Of a stretch of DNA of 64,000 nt, positions 42,955-52,588 are shown one piece after another (the first letter of the stretch is position 1; the number at the start of each line of letters is the position of its first letter). The notes under the pieces are model-generated. The model saw only the letters and a list, made by a program, of their open reading frames with translations. It searched no databases and was not told the DNA's origin. The DNA is from an uncultured Planctomycetales bacterium (GTDB lineage: Bacteria > Omnitrophota > Gorgyraeia > Gygaellales > Profunditerraquicolaceae). The stretch lies in the NCBI GenBank assembly GCA_964603585.1, contig CAZRVK010000001.1, forward strand, positions 133,327 through 197,326. Direction: 5' to 3'. The position numbers were made by a program, and so were the translations under genes.

Positions 42955-43560
42955 TTAATGCGCGGGAGCGGAACTTGCACGTAAAGTAGTGCGATAAGAA
43001 ACCTGCGGATTAGTTGCAGAAACATCTTCTAAAGGCCTTTGCCGAACCACCAACCCAACATTAATAACCGTATCCCTGCTTGCCGGTTCCAATAATAAAT
43101 ATAGCCCGCTTAAGGCGCCAGAAGAAGGCATAATACCTTTAACGGAATTATTAACCAAATGCCCGGAGATGAGCACTTCGCTTGGCGAGCATACCCCTCC
43201 CACACAGGATAAAACTTCAAAATTATTCCCATTCCTGAAATAACGCCAAATCTGGTCATCATTCAAATTAGCAGGGGTGTTCGAAGCATCTACCCTGACC
43301 GAGAACCCGGTGGGCGCCGCACTATTCGGATAATAGAATAAAGGAGGATTGGCATTATCACCAATCCCCACCTGCACGCGTTTTGCGATATGCTGCATTG
43401 TATAAGCCAGCTCGTTCTGAAGTTTGGCCTGATAATCCGCAGTGATCACATGATGCCGGCTGAACCGGTCGATACTTGAGAAACCAACCGCCATCATAGC
43501 CACTAAGATCAAAGCGATCAATAATTCTAAAAGTGTAACGGCATGTTTAGGCATTTTCAC
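42955..43560 (-). CDS. Minor pilin / pseudopilin with a prepilin-type N-terminal domain
   Basis: 201 aa, N-terminus MKMPKHA|VTLLELLIALILV with Glu at +5 and Ala at -1. Confidence 0.65.
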   Translation of the reverse strand: MKMPKHAVTLLELLIALILVAMMAVGFSSIDRFSRHHVITADYQAKLQNELAYTMQHIAKRVQVGIGDNANPPLFYYPNSAAPTGFSVRVDASNTPANLNDDQIWRYFRNGNNFEVLSCVGGVCSPSEVLISGHLVNNSVKGIMPSSGALSGLYLLLEPASRDTVINVGLVVRQRPLEDVSATNPQVSYRTTLRASSAPAH

Positions 43561-43946
43561 GGTTCAGGCTCGGTTACCCCAATGGTGATCACCATCTTAC
43601 GCATCTGATCCTGCTGCAGCATTCCCGGAGGGACTTTTACATTATACCTGGCAGAATATATCTCTAATCCTTGTGTAACTGTGCCGGAAAATGTCAAGGC
43701 ACCTGACCCGGTAAGCTTTAGGCGATTGGTAAAATCCAGGGTTGCCGGGTTCCAATCATTATGTTTAACATCCAGATTGACCGGGTCCAGAAAGAACTTA
43801 CCGAACTCCCCCGTAGACAACCGGGCGCGGGAATGCACCAGATAATTCTTCCCGGAAACAAATACCCCGGCAAGGCCGGCAAAGGTCAAAGTCAAAATAA
43901 TCGTAGCGATAATTACTTCTAACAGGCTCAACGCTTTTTTTTTCAT
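43557..43946 (-). CDS. Minor pilin / pseudopilin. Start taken at the internal MKKKALSLLEV.
   Basis: Prepilin-like N-terminus A|LSLLEVIIATIIL with Glu at +5. The longest ORF adds 7 aa (MPLILIL). Confidence 0.6.
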   Translation of the reverse strand: MKKKALSLLEVIIATIILTLTFAGLAGVFVSGKNYLVHSRARLSTGEFGKFFLDPVNLDVKHNDWNPATLDFTNRLKLTGSGALTFSGTVTQGLEIYSARYNVKVPPGMLQQDQMRKMVITIGVTEPEP

Positions 43947-43961
43947 GAGAATTAAAATTAA

Positions 43962-43993
43962 GGGCATCCTCCGTAACTATACGAAGGATGCCC
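43962..43993 (-). terminator. Hairpin plus U-tract after the two leading pilin genes. Putative partial terminator or attenuator.
   Basis: GGGCATCCT, a loop, AGGATGCCC. On the minus strand it is followed by TTAATTTTAAT. Confidence 0.4.
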
Positions 43994-44024
43994 CTGGAAC
44001 TAAAACCATTCTAAAACCATTCGA

Positions 44025-44453
44025 TCAGGGACATCCGCCATTATTCGGCAGGGTTTGCACATCTCCAGTATTATGCCAAATATGATATGTACACCCTCCT
44101 CTTTGAGCATTAGCGCGAAAAGTACTGGCGCCCATATTATCAAAGGTGTAATTCCAATCATTTGTGGTCGGTAACGTCAACCGCAAATTATCATTGATTT
44201 GGGCAATAGTAGGATTAACTCCGCCCTGGGGATAATATATCCCTGATTCCATACGGTATATTCTCTGGGCAGCTGCGATCAGCCTTAAATTAGCCTGCGC
44301 TTCCTTGCCCATGGCATGCTCTTTAACATTACTGTAGTTCAATAACCCGATAGCAGCGACAATCCCTACAATGATCATTACTGTGATAATCTCCATCAAA
44401 GTAAGCGCGCGTTTGGGTATTTTCTTCAGCAAATTAAGAACAAGATTCTTCAT
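44025..44453 (-). CDS. GspG/PilA-like pilin with a prepilin N-terminal domain
   Basis: 142 aa, ...KRA|LTLMEIITVMIIVGIVAAIGLL. Periplasmic domain resembles a GspG fold. Confidence 0.7.
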   Translation of the reverse strand: MKNLVLNLLKKIPKRALTLMEIITVMIIVGIVAAIGLLNYSNVKEHAMGKEAQANLRLIAAAQRIYRMESGIYYPQGGVNPTIAQINDNLRLTLPTTNDWNYTFDNMGASTFRANAQRGGCTYHIWHNTGDVQTLPNNGGCP

Positions 44454-44465
44454 GAATATCCGTTT

Positions 44466-44864
44466 TTAGTTGATCGCACCCGCCCATGTTCCGTTTGGAG
44501 CTAAGGTTATAGTATACCCTGCACCTGCAGGAGCTTGAGGCGCTTTTCCACCAGCAGTACAACGAGTCGCGGTGCAAACACCTGTAGCAGCGGTACAAGC
44601 ATACTGAAAATAATGGCTCGCTTGACACCCAGCCGGAGCAGGAGTCCCTATCTGTGCAAGAGTACCATAAGCCCCATTTTCCTCAAAGTAAGCAAATTGA
44701 ATGGTACGTAATGAACCTAAAAGTGTACGCGCTTCTGCTTTACGGCCTTTCTCCACCATCGTGGTATATTGCACAAAACCTAATGCCGCTAAAACACCGA
44801 TAATGATGATAACTACTATTAATTCCAAAAGCGTAAACCCTTTGCCCGGAAACCTTTTCTTCAT
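44466..44864 (-). CDS. Major pilin candidate (type IV pilin / GspG-like) with a canonical prepilin leader
   Basis: 132 aa, MKKRFPGKG|FTLLELIVVIIIIGVLAA, with canonical G-1, F+1, E+5. It is the first gene after a dedicated consensus promoter. Confidence 0.8.
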   Translation of the reverse strand: MKKRFPGKGFTLLELIVVIIIIGVLAALGFVQYTTMVEKGRKAEARTLLGSLRTIQFAYFEENGAYGTLAQIGTPAPAGCQASHYFQYACTAATGVCTATRCTAGGKAPQAPAGAGYTITLAPNGTWAGAIN

Positions 44865-44911
44865 TCCTCCTCCTCCTGTTAGGTTGATATAATATAACCG
44901 TTTATGTTATT

Positions 44912-44939
44912 ATTTTATACTAACGCTACCCCATGTCAA
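44912..44939 (-). promoter_or_regulatory. Near-consensus sigma70 promoter (TTGACA-16-TAAAAT) inside the pilus operon, driving the pilin genes
   Basis: Minus strand: TTGACATGGGGTAGCGTTAGTATAAAAT, followed by an AGGAGGAGG RBS and the pilin ATG. Confidence 0.5.
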
Positions 44940-44972
44940 TAGTTTTTTAGTAAATATATGCCCGGTAAAAAC

Positions 44973-46205
44973 TTAACCGATCTTCGATATCTGGAATATC
45001 GGCAAGAATACGCCAACCACCATGATCCCGATAACCACCCCCATAAATACCAGTATAAGCGGCTCAAAAATCGAGGCAAACCGCAGTAAAAACGTTTCGA
45101 CATACTCCTGGTAAAAACCGTTCACCTTCTTGAACATCTGCGGCAGTTCCCCGATCTCCTCGCCGATCGCCACCATCTGTACAACCATCGGCTCAAAAAA
45201 ACCGCAATTATTCAAAGGCTGGCTCAATGTCTTTCCGCTTCTAACATCCTCCTTGATCTGATGAATAATCTCGGCCATAGTTAAATTGCCGACGCTGTGC
45301 TCGGTGATCTCCAGGGAATATAAGATTGGGACACCGCTTTCTACCAAAGTCGACATTTCAGAGGAAAACCGTTCTACCACCAGTCCGCGAAAGAATTCAC
45401 CCATTACCGGAAGGTTGAATAAAAATGCCTCCCACTGCCTCCGCCCCGGCTTAGTCTGGATATATTTGCGGAAAATAAACACCCCGGCGGCGATAACCCC
45501 GGCTAAGATCAAGAAATACGACCTTAAAAAAACACTGACGAACAATAAGAACTGCGTTAAAAGCGGCAATTCAATATCGAACCCTTTGAACAATTCAGCA
45601 AATGTAGGAATGATCTTTATGGTTAGGAACAATAACGCCCCTATCCCTGCCATCATCAGAAGCGCCGGATAGATCAATGCGGAAATGATCTTTTTCTTAA
45701 AGGCGGCGTTACGTTCCAGGTATGTTGCCAAACGGCTAAGCACCATTGCCAGATTACCGCTGGCCTCCCCGCTTTCCACCAGATTTACCCATAATTCGGA
45801 AAATACCGTCGGGTGTTTTGCCATCGCCTCATGCAGGCTAAGCCCGGCCTCCATATCTTTTTCCACCTTGCGCACAACATGATACAGCCGATTGCTGGAT
45901 ACCTGCATAGAAATAATATCCAGGCTTTTTAATACTACGATGCCCGCGCCCATTAATGTCGCGATCTGGCGGCAAAAAAGCACCATATCATCATTCTTGA
46001 TCCCGTAATGCTTGAACTTTAAGCGTGTACCGGTCTTTGAATCAAGATTCTGCGCACGGGAATCCTGGGAATCATGCAAAACATTTACCACCAATAAGCC
46101 TTTTGACTGCAGGCGGGTAATAACCTCCTCCTGGGTATAGGCTTCTTCCGTACCGTTAACCTTACGCCCTTTATTATCCCGGGCCTGATAAAAGAATTTT
46201 GCCAT
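44973..46205 (-). CDS. Type II secretion / type IV pilus platform protein (GspF/PilC family)
   Basis: 410 aa with two T2SSF repeats and three TM helices. Confidence 0.9.
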   Translation of the reverse strand: MAKFFYQARDNKGRKVNGTEEAYTQEEVITRLQSKGLLVVNVLHDSQDSRAQNLDSKTGTRLKFKHYGIKNDDMVLFCRQIATLMGAGIVVLKSLDIISMQVSSNRLYHVVRKVEKDMEAGLSLHEAMAKHPTVFSELWVNLVESGEASGNLAMVLSRLATYLERNAAFKKKIISALIYPALLMMAGIGALLFLTIKIIPTFAELFKGFDIELPLLTQFLLFVSVFLRSYFLILAGVIAAGVFIFRKYIQTKPGRRQWEAFLFNLPVMGEFFRGLVVERFSSEMSTLVESGVPILYSLEITEHSVGNLTMAEIIHQIKEDVRSGKTLSQPLNNCGFFEPMVVQMVAIGEEIGELPQMFKKVNGFYQEYVETFLLRFASIFEPLILVFMGVVIGIMVVGVFLPIFQISKIG

Positions 46206-47926
46206 TACTCTTCTCCTAAAACTACAGAAAGGGCTTCTTCTAAAGAAGTAAACCCTGCCTCAACCTTTTTTAACGCTGATTCATAAAGTGTCTGCATTCC
46301 CGCCTGCCGTGCTGCTTCTTTGATTTTCTGAAAAGGCGCCTTTTGGCTGATCAATCCCCTTATTTCATCATTCACCAAAAGGACCTCGGAAATACAAACC
46401 CTTCCTTTATACCCGGTTTGCGAACATTTCGGGCAGCCTTTGGGTTTATAGATCAAATCCGTTTTTAATTTTATATTTTTTAAATGCTCTGACGACGGCT
46501 CATATGCCTCTTTGCACTCCGGGCACAACCGGCGGATCAGGCGCTGGCCCACCGCAAGAAGAATGGAAGGAGCTAATAAATACGATTCAATACCTAAATC
46601 AATCAACCGGCTGACAACCTGGGAAGCATCATTAGTATGTATGGTACTTAAAACCAAATGCCCGGTTAAGGCCGAACGGATACAGATCTGGGCTGTTTCC
46701 AGATCCCGGACCTCGCCGACTAACATCACATCCGGGTCCTGCCGCAAAAAACTACGCAAGGCACTGGCAAAGGTAAGCCCGATATCCGATTTTACCTGGA
46801 CCTGGTTTACCCCATCCAGCTTGTATTCAACCGGGTCCTCAACCGTAATAATATTCTTAGTCGGGCTTTTGATCTCGTTTAGCATGGCATACAAAGTCGT
46901 GGTCTTACCGCTCCCGGTAGGCCCGGCTAAGAATATTAATCCATAGGGAGAATTTGCCGCACGGCGCAATCCTTCTAATTGTTTTTGCTCAAACCCCATG
47001 GTGTTTAGATCCAGGACCACGGTCCCCCTGTCCAGGATCCTTAAAACCACTTTCTCCCCATAGATCGTCGGGATAGTGGAAACCCTTAAATCTACCGCCC
47101 TGTTCTCCAGTTTAACCATGAATGTCCCATCCTGGGGCAGGCGTTTCTCGGCAATATCAAGTTTACTTAGGATCTTGATACGGGAAAGTATCGGGGAATG
47201 CAGATGCTTTGCCGGAGGAGGGATCTCATATAATTTACCGTCGATCCTGTACCTTAGGCATATTTTATCCTTGAACGGCTCGATGTGTATATCCGAGGCG
47301 CGTTCATCGATCGCCTGGCGGATGATCAAATCCACCAGTTTCACCACCGGGGCTTCTTCTGCACGGGCGATCAGTTTATCCAGGCTTAATTCCTGGTCGG
47401 CAAATTCTACTGATTCAACTGACAATTCTATGGCCTTAGGCTCATAAGAATCCTTTACCGCCTTGGTAAGCATCGCTGCCCGGCCATAAAACTCATCAAT
47501 TGCCCGGGTAAGGTCGGATTTTGTCGCTACAACCGGATTTATATCACAGCCAGTCAGGCGTTTTAAGTTATCGATCAGTATAAGGTCTAAAGGGTCAACC
47601 ATTGCCACGGTAAGGGATTTGAGGTTGCGGGAAAGAGGAAGGATCAAACTCTTCATTGCATAATCATGCGGGATGAGTTTATCCAGTTCCTGTTCAGGCG
47701 CCGGGCGAAGCATCCCGGTACCTAAAGAAAAATACGGGATCCCCAGCTGTTTACCCAGAATACTTACCAGCTGGTCTTCTTTAACCATCCCCAGCCTGAT
47801 CAATACTTCACCCAGCCGGCCGCCTTCCTGGCGCTGGATACTGATCGCTTTCTCTAACTGGACAGGATTTAGCAAGCCCTCTTTGATCAAAAGCTCGCCG
47901 AGCCTTAAATATTTTTCTTTCGCCAT
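46205..47926 (-). CDS. Type II secretion / type IV pilus assembly ATPase (GspE/PilB family)
   Basis: 573 aa with an N-terminal GspE_N domain, Walker A GPTGSGKTTTL and a tetracysteine motif CPEC...CPKC. Confidence 0.9.
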   Translation of the reverse strand: MAKEKYLRLGELLIKEGLLNPVQLEKAISIQRQEGGRLGEVLIRLGMVKEDQLVSILGKQLGIPYFSLGTGMLRPAPEQELDKLIPHDYAMKSLILPLSRNLKSLTVAMVDPLDLILIDNLKRLTGCDINPVVATKSDLTRAIDEFYGRAAMLTKAVKDSYEPKAIELSVESVEFADQELSLDKLIARAEEAPVVKLVDLIIRQAIDERASDIHIEPFKDKICLRYRIDGKLYEIPPPAKHLHSPILSRIKILSKLDIAEKRLPQDGTFMVKLENRAVDLRVSTIPTIYGEKVVLRILDRGTVVLDLNTMGFEQKQLEGLRRAANSPYGLIFLAGPTGSGKTTTLYAMLNEIKSPTKNIITVEDPVEYKLDGVNQVQVKSDIGLTFASALRSFLRQDPDVMLVGEVRDLETAQICIRSALTGHLVLSTIHTNDASQVVSRLIDLGIESYLLAPSILLAVGQRLIRRLCPECKEAYEPSSEHLKNIKLKTDLIYKPKGCPKCSQTGYKGRVCISEVLLVNDEIRGLISQKAPFQKIKEAARQAGMQTLYESALKKVEAGFTSLEEALSVVLGEE

Positions 47927-47984
47927 AAAAATATTCCGGAAATAACGATAGTGAACAATCCGCCAAAACTTTCAGCTTATAAGA

Positions 47985-49538
47985 TCAATATTTCCTTCTG
48001 GACTCTACACTATTCAAGCTTGTGCTAATTACATCCTGCCGCCTGATCGCCAAAGAAGTATTTTGCTCCCGCTCCGGCATCTGGACCATTTTAGTCGGCG
48101 AAAGGCTAGACGGAACATCCCTGCGGATATGCGGAGTAATGAAAACTACCAGTTCGCGTTCTTCATCTTTACTTTTATTTTTGTTCCTGAAGGCCGCGCC
48201 AATGATCGGAAGGTCACCTAACCAGGGTATCTTCGTATCTGTCTCAACGCGCGTATGGCGCAGTAAACCGCCGATAACCACCGTTTCTCCATCTTTAACC
48301 CTTACTAAGGAAGTAGTCGAACGCTGATCCGGGTCTTTTGCCGGTTTATCATCCACCAAGATAGAAGATGTGCTCGAATCCCTCACGCTTGGAGTTATGA
48401 ACATAGTGATCTCATTTGTCACCAGGGATATCTGCGGAGTAACCCTTAAGGTTACACCGGTAATCGCCCTTTCCGCTTCGGTGGTAGTTGCCGAAGACGC
48501 CCCCTGCCCTTCCTGCTGTTTCTTTGTCCCGACAACCTCATCGGTCACGATCTTTAATTCTGCAGTCTTATTATTAAGTGTCATTATTTTCGGCCGGGCA
48601 AGGATCTTTGAATCAGTCTGGGTCGCCAGGAAATTCGCTACCGCAGAAAGGCTATTCCCGTCAGGATTAGTAAACTTAACAGAACCATTAGTAACCGATG
48701 ACCCTGCATTCATCAAATGTTCACCGGCATTTATTGCTCTAAAAGGGAACGGAGTACTCAAAGTCGCGCTGGTAAGTACTACCCCTAACCCCGCGGCATT
48801 AGTCCAGTCGATTCCCAGTTTTTCCGTATCTTTCTTGCTAACATCCAGCATCTCTACTTCGATCAAGACTTGAGGCTGTGGAACATCTAAAGAGGCAATT
48901 ACGTGTTCAATCCTGCTCATGCGCGACGGCACATCCGTAATGATCAGGCTGTTGGTATTGCCATCCTCCGAGATCTTGCCGTTACTGGTCAGAAGATTCT
49001 CTATAACTTTTACAATATCTCCTTTACTTTCGCTTCCACTTGAGGAATCCGACCCGGTACTCGAAGAAGATCCGCTGCCGGAATCGGTCAATGAAGTATC
49101 GGTGGTTTCCGACATGTTATCAATTTCTTTTTGCAGCCGGGAACTGGGAACAAAATTATATTTAAGATGAAAAACCTTGGTGACCGTTTCTATCTGCGGC
49201 CTGCCCAGATCTTTGACAATAAAGATATTGGAATCGGTTTCCAGTTCATACGCCAGGTTGTTGGCCTTAAAAAGCTTGTCCATTGCCTCTTTTATCCCCA
49301 CCTTATCCATATACAAGGTGACCTTGCGGTCCTGCACCCCTTCGGAGGCGATAAAATTCAAGCCGGATTGTACCGAGAATATCTTCAGAATATCCTTGAT
49401 CGCCGCATCCTGAAAATCCATGGATATGGTGATCTCGGGATCCTCAAAAGGCAGGTCAAGCCCCGCCCTCAAATTAAGAGGAGAAAAGAAAAATAAGACA
49501 AGGAATATAAGGACTGATCTTTTAAGATTACTGCACAT
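47985..49538 (-). CDS. Secretin (GspD/PilQ family). Start trimmed to MCSNLKRS.
   Basis: Signal peptide, secretin N domains and a C-terminal secretin domain (DLPIIGAAFRNKNKSKDERELVVFITPHI). Contains a Ser/Gly/Asp-rich low-complexity linker. Confidence 0.85.
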   Translation of the reverse strand: MCSNLKRSVLIFLVLFFFSPLNLRAGLDLPFEDPEITISMDFQDAAIKDILKIFSVQSGLNFIASEGVQDRKVTLYMDKVGIKEAMDKLFKANNLAYELETDSNIFIVKDLGRPQIETVTKVFHLKYNFVPSSRLQKEIDNMSETTDTSLTDSGSGSSSSTGSDSSSGSESKGDIVKVIENLLTSNGKISEDGNTNSLIITDVPSRMSRIEHVIASLDVPQPQVLIEVEMLDVSKKDTEKLGIDWTNAAGLGVVLTSATLSTPFPFRAINAGEHLMNAGSSVTNGSVKFTNPDGNSLSAVANFLATQTDSKILARPKIMTLNNKTAELKIVTDEVVGTKKQQEGQGASSATTTEAERAITGVTLRVTPQISLVTNEITMFITPSVRDSSTSSILVDDKPAKDPDQRSTTSLVRVKDGETVVIGGLLRHTRVETDTKIPWLGDLPIIGAAFRNKNKSKDEERELVVFITPHIRRDVPSSLSPTKMVQMPEREQNTSLAIRRQDVISTSLNSVESRRKY

Positions 49539-50049
49539 TTGTGCCTCCTTTTGAACTAAGTTGAGGTTCCGGGCTCCTGCTCGCTGCCGCCGGAGCAGGA
49601 ATGCTAAACTGCCTGCCTTCAAAGAAAATATCGACTCCTTTTTGACTGATATCTACGATATGCGCATTGGCGACAATATCACCGATACGCACTACTTTTC
49701 CGTCAATGATCGCTTGAGGGATATCCCCGCCCCAGACTATACCCTGGATGTTTAAGACCGGAGGCTGTATTTCACTAACCTCCACCTGGCCATCCCCGGA
49801 GGCTACAATCTTCTTACGGCCCAAAAAAGGGTCTTTTAAGCTAAACGCCTGGTAACTCACTGTCGGCCGGGCAATTGAGAATTTAGTGACACTTTCTGCG
49901 GCCTCGATCTTTTTGATCTCCTTCTGCATGGCATCACCCGCCGCGCATGCATCAAAAACCAAACTCAAGGGAATTAAAAGGAACCCGATAAAAAAGCTTA
50001 TTTTGGCCATGCCTTTATCTGCTATTGGAGAAAATATTTTTTCTATCAT
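49528..50049 (-). CDS. PilP-like pilus assembly protein
   Basis: 173 aa with an N-terminal TM or lipobox-like segment and a C-terminal beta domain. Position between pilO and the secretin. Confidence 0.5.
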   Translation of the reverse strand: MIEKIFSPIADKGMAKISFFIGFLLIPLSLVFDACAAGDAMQKEIKKIEAAESVTKFSIARPTVSYQAFSLKDPFLGRKKIVASGDGQVEVSEIQPPVLNIQGIVWGGDIPQAIIDGKVVRIGDIVANAHIVDISQKGVDIFFEGRQFSIPAPAAASRSPEPQLSSKGGTNVQ

Positions 50050-50567
50050 CTGGCTAAAATTGTATTTATCGTTAATGTCACTCCGAGTTTCTCAACAGGC
50101 TTTTCACCGTCAGAAAGGTGGGAAGACATGTTGATATTTTCTACTGAAAAAATATCCCGGTGGCTTTCCAGACGTGATATAAAATCGCCTATATTGTGAT
50201 AAGTACTCGCCGTTAAACTCAAGGCATAAGGATATTTTATATAAATATCCTTTGCTTCCTCCGTTTCCGGCCTGATCGATACGATCTCAACACCAGACTC
50301 CTTGGCAAGCTCCGAAAGAACATCCAAAACCGATGAGATCTCCTTGGCATTGATGAATTCTTTATATACCGCTTCCTGTGCGGATAATTCACTGATCTGG
50401 TTTAAGGTCGCGTTTTTCTCGATCTCCACCTCATTCTGCGCCTTTAAGGAGTTAAGGTCCGAGGATTGCTTGGTATAAACCTTTAAGGAAATAACCGCCG
50501 CGACCAGCAAAATAACCACATTTATGAGCGCATTCTTATGTTTGGTAATTATATCGGCTGCTTCCAT
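50046..50567 (-). CDS. PilO-like type IV pilus assembly protein
   Basis: 173 aa with one TM helix, a coiled coil and a ferredoxin-like domain. Position after pilMN. Confidence 0.6.
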   Translation of the reverse strand: MEAADIITKHKNALINVVILLVAAVISLKVYTKQSSDLNSLKAQNEVEIEKNATLNQISELSAQEAVYKEFINAKEISSVLDVLSELAKESGVEIVSIRPETEEAKDIYIKYPYALSLTASTYHNIGDFISRLESHRDIFSVENINMSSHLSDGEKPVEKLGVTLTINTILAR

Positions 50568-50574
50568 ATCTCTC

Positions 50575-52110
50575 CTATGAACGGCAATTGATCGTAAATG
50601 ATGTTACCTTGACCTTATCGATCTGCTGATGGCTGATATCAGACACGGCGACTTCCTTGAAATCTTTTTTTAATTTGGTTTTTAATTGCGAAGCAAACTT
50701 ATTTATCAGATTGAATTCTTCCGTACTGTCCCCCATATACACAGTCCCCTGCAATGTCAAATATCCCTTATTATCTTTCTTCATAAAGGAAAAATTTGTC
50801 AACCGGATATCTTCGGGAATGATCCTGGGGATACTATCCAGGGTCTCCGTCAAATACAACTGTCTGACAATCAGATCATTGAGGGCCTTGATCTTTTCCT
50901 GGGTTTTCTGGCTGATCGATTTTAAATCATCGGGAGTGGAATTTACATCTACCCCGGGGATCTCCACTCGAAGGGACAATGTATGCTTAAGATCATTTTG
51001 TACCGGGAACAACCGGTATATCCCAAAGGCAAAAGTGCCGATACAAATAACCAACCCCAAAAAGATAACCCTAAAATCCAATTCAATCCCGCTAAGAAAA
51101 GAACCCTGCTCTACCTGTGCTGTCTTTTCCTTCTGGATTGCGACCTTTGCTTTGGCCTCGACCACATTCATCTTGAACCTTGAATTGACGGTCTTGAATA
51201 ATGACGCCCCCAAGCCTTTCAATAACCCGAGGCTAAAAGCCTGCTGCTTACCCATATATTTAGCGGCATCGATAAACTGCGAGGGAATGGTCATATCCTT
51301 AAAGAACGCATCCAGATCCACGCAATAATCCTTATTCCCGACATAATAGATCTTGGTTATATTCTTTGCCGGGAATTTACGGTGGAAATAATCCAGGGAT
51401 ACCCGGATCTCGGTCTTTAGTTTCTCGATAGCGATCTCAAAAGTTGATACCGGCTCAATCCCTGCGGCCTGCTCTGCCGCGCCATACATAGTAATATCAC
51501 GGCTGAAAAGAGGAAAACCCTTTTCCATGATCGTAAAATTGATCTCGTCATCCTCAACAAAATCCATAGTCACAACCCCGACGATCCCGCGGTCGGAAAA
51601 ATTAGTCAATTTCAAGAAACGCAACGCACTGAATCCGGAATACTCCACCGCAATGGTTTTTATGTTAAGCTGGCTGAAGATCGAGACATAGCGATCCAAA
51701 GTCTCCTTTTTTATCCCGACATATAACACCTGGTTTCTGCGGATTGACCGGTCAAGTTCTATCTGATAATCCGAAACCAACTCTTCGGTCTTAAACGGGA
51801 TATATTTTTTCACTTCAAAATTAACCACGTTGAGCATTTCACTGGCGGGTAAAACCGGGACTTCAAAAGTGCGGATGATCAGATCTTTACCGGACAAACT
51901 GATAAACGCCTCACGACAATCGATCTGATTCTTGGCTAACTCATCTTTTAAAAGCGTAGTAACCTTTACATCATCCGGAACCTTCTCTTCTAATTCCGCT
52001 GAATACAGGACCGAACGCTGAATTTGGAACTTATTCGAAATAGTCTTTCCGCTGGTTTCCACCAAGCTTATAACTTTAGGCCCAAAATAAACACCTAAAG
52101 ACTTTTTCAT
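50575..52110 (-). CDS. PilM-PilN fusion: actin-like ATPase-fold domain, TM helix, then PilN-like periplasmic domain
   Basis: 511 aa. First ~350 aa look PilM-like. A TM helix (FLGLVICIGTFAFGIYRLF) follows, then a PilN-like C-terminus. Confidence 0.7.
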   Translation of the reverse strand: MKKSLGVYFGPKVISLVETSGKTISNKFQIQRSVLYSAELEEKVPDDVKVTTLLKDELAKNQIDCREAFISLSGKDLIIRTFEVPVLPASEMLNVVNFEVKKYIPFKTEELVSDYQIELDRSIRRNQVLYVGIKKETLDRYVSIFSQLNIKTIAVEYSGFSALRFLKLTNFSDRGIVGVVTMDFVEDDEINFTIMEKGFPLFSRDITMYGAAEQAAGIEPVSTFEIAIEKLKTEIRVSLDYFHRKFPAKNITKIYYVGNKDYCVDLDAFFKDMTIPSQFIDAAKYMGKQQAFSLGLLKGLGASLFKTVNSRFKMNVVEAKAKVAIQKEKTAQVEQGSFLSGIELDFRVIFLGLVICIGTFAFGIYRLFPVQNDLKHTLSLRVEIPGVDVNSTPDDLKSISQKTQEKIKALNDLIVRQLYLTETLDSIPRIIPEDIRLTNFSFMKKDNKGYLTLQGTVYMGDSTEEFNLINKFASQLKTKLKKDFKEVAVSDISHQQIDKVKVTSFTINCRS

Positions 52111-52304
52111 TATTTATCTCCGAATTTAGAAGAACACCTTCTGCTTCTTAACCAGGCATCAACTTCCCTACGGTCAAACCGCCATACACCCCCAACCTTT
52201 ATCCCGGCTATTTTTCCCTGATGCAGCCAATTATAAATCGTCTGCTTCTTTAACTTTAAGTATTCCGCTAATTCATCAACGTCGATCAATCTAGGCATAT
52301 CCAT
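52110..52304 (-). CDS. Small excisionase/AlpA-family HTH DNA-binding protein (HTH_17), first gene of the pilus operon
   Basis: 64 aa, LIDVDELAEYLKLKKQTIYNWLHQGKIAGIKVGGVWRFDRREVDAWL. Its stop overlaps the pilMN start (ATGA). Confidence 0.7.
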   Translation of the reverse strand: MDMPRLIDVDELAEYLKLKKQTIYNWLHQGKIAGIKVGGVWRFDRREVDAWLRSRRCSSKFGDK

Positions 52305-52588
52305 TTACCTTATTTAACTGTTTTATACTACGCTGCATTGTAGGATTAATTAGAACATAACCATCTATTTTTGTCAAGTATTTTTTTATAAATTCTTACT
52401 CAGACTTACTTTTAACATAAAAGAATATGGCAATGTTTTCTAATCAATATTAACCAGAGCATTTCATAGAGGATAAATCGATATCGAAAGGAAAGGGATA
52501 CTGCTCACTGAAGAACAAAGCCTACCATAGCTTAGGCTAATAAAAATATAATAAACTTACTTTTATTATAATGGATTATGGTATTTAA

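Noticed and set aside
49528-49622. Secretin N-terminal 28-aa extension overlapping the PilP-like gene
   Set aside because: A signal-peptide-like sequence begins at the internal Met (MCSNLKRSVLIFLVLFFFSPL). The extension is Arg-rich and overlaps the upstream gene.
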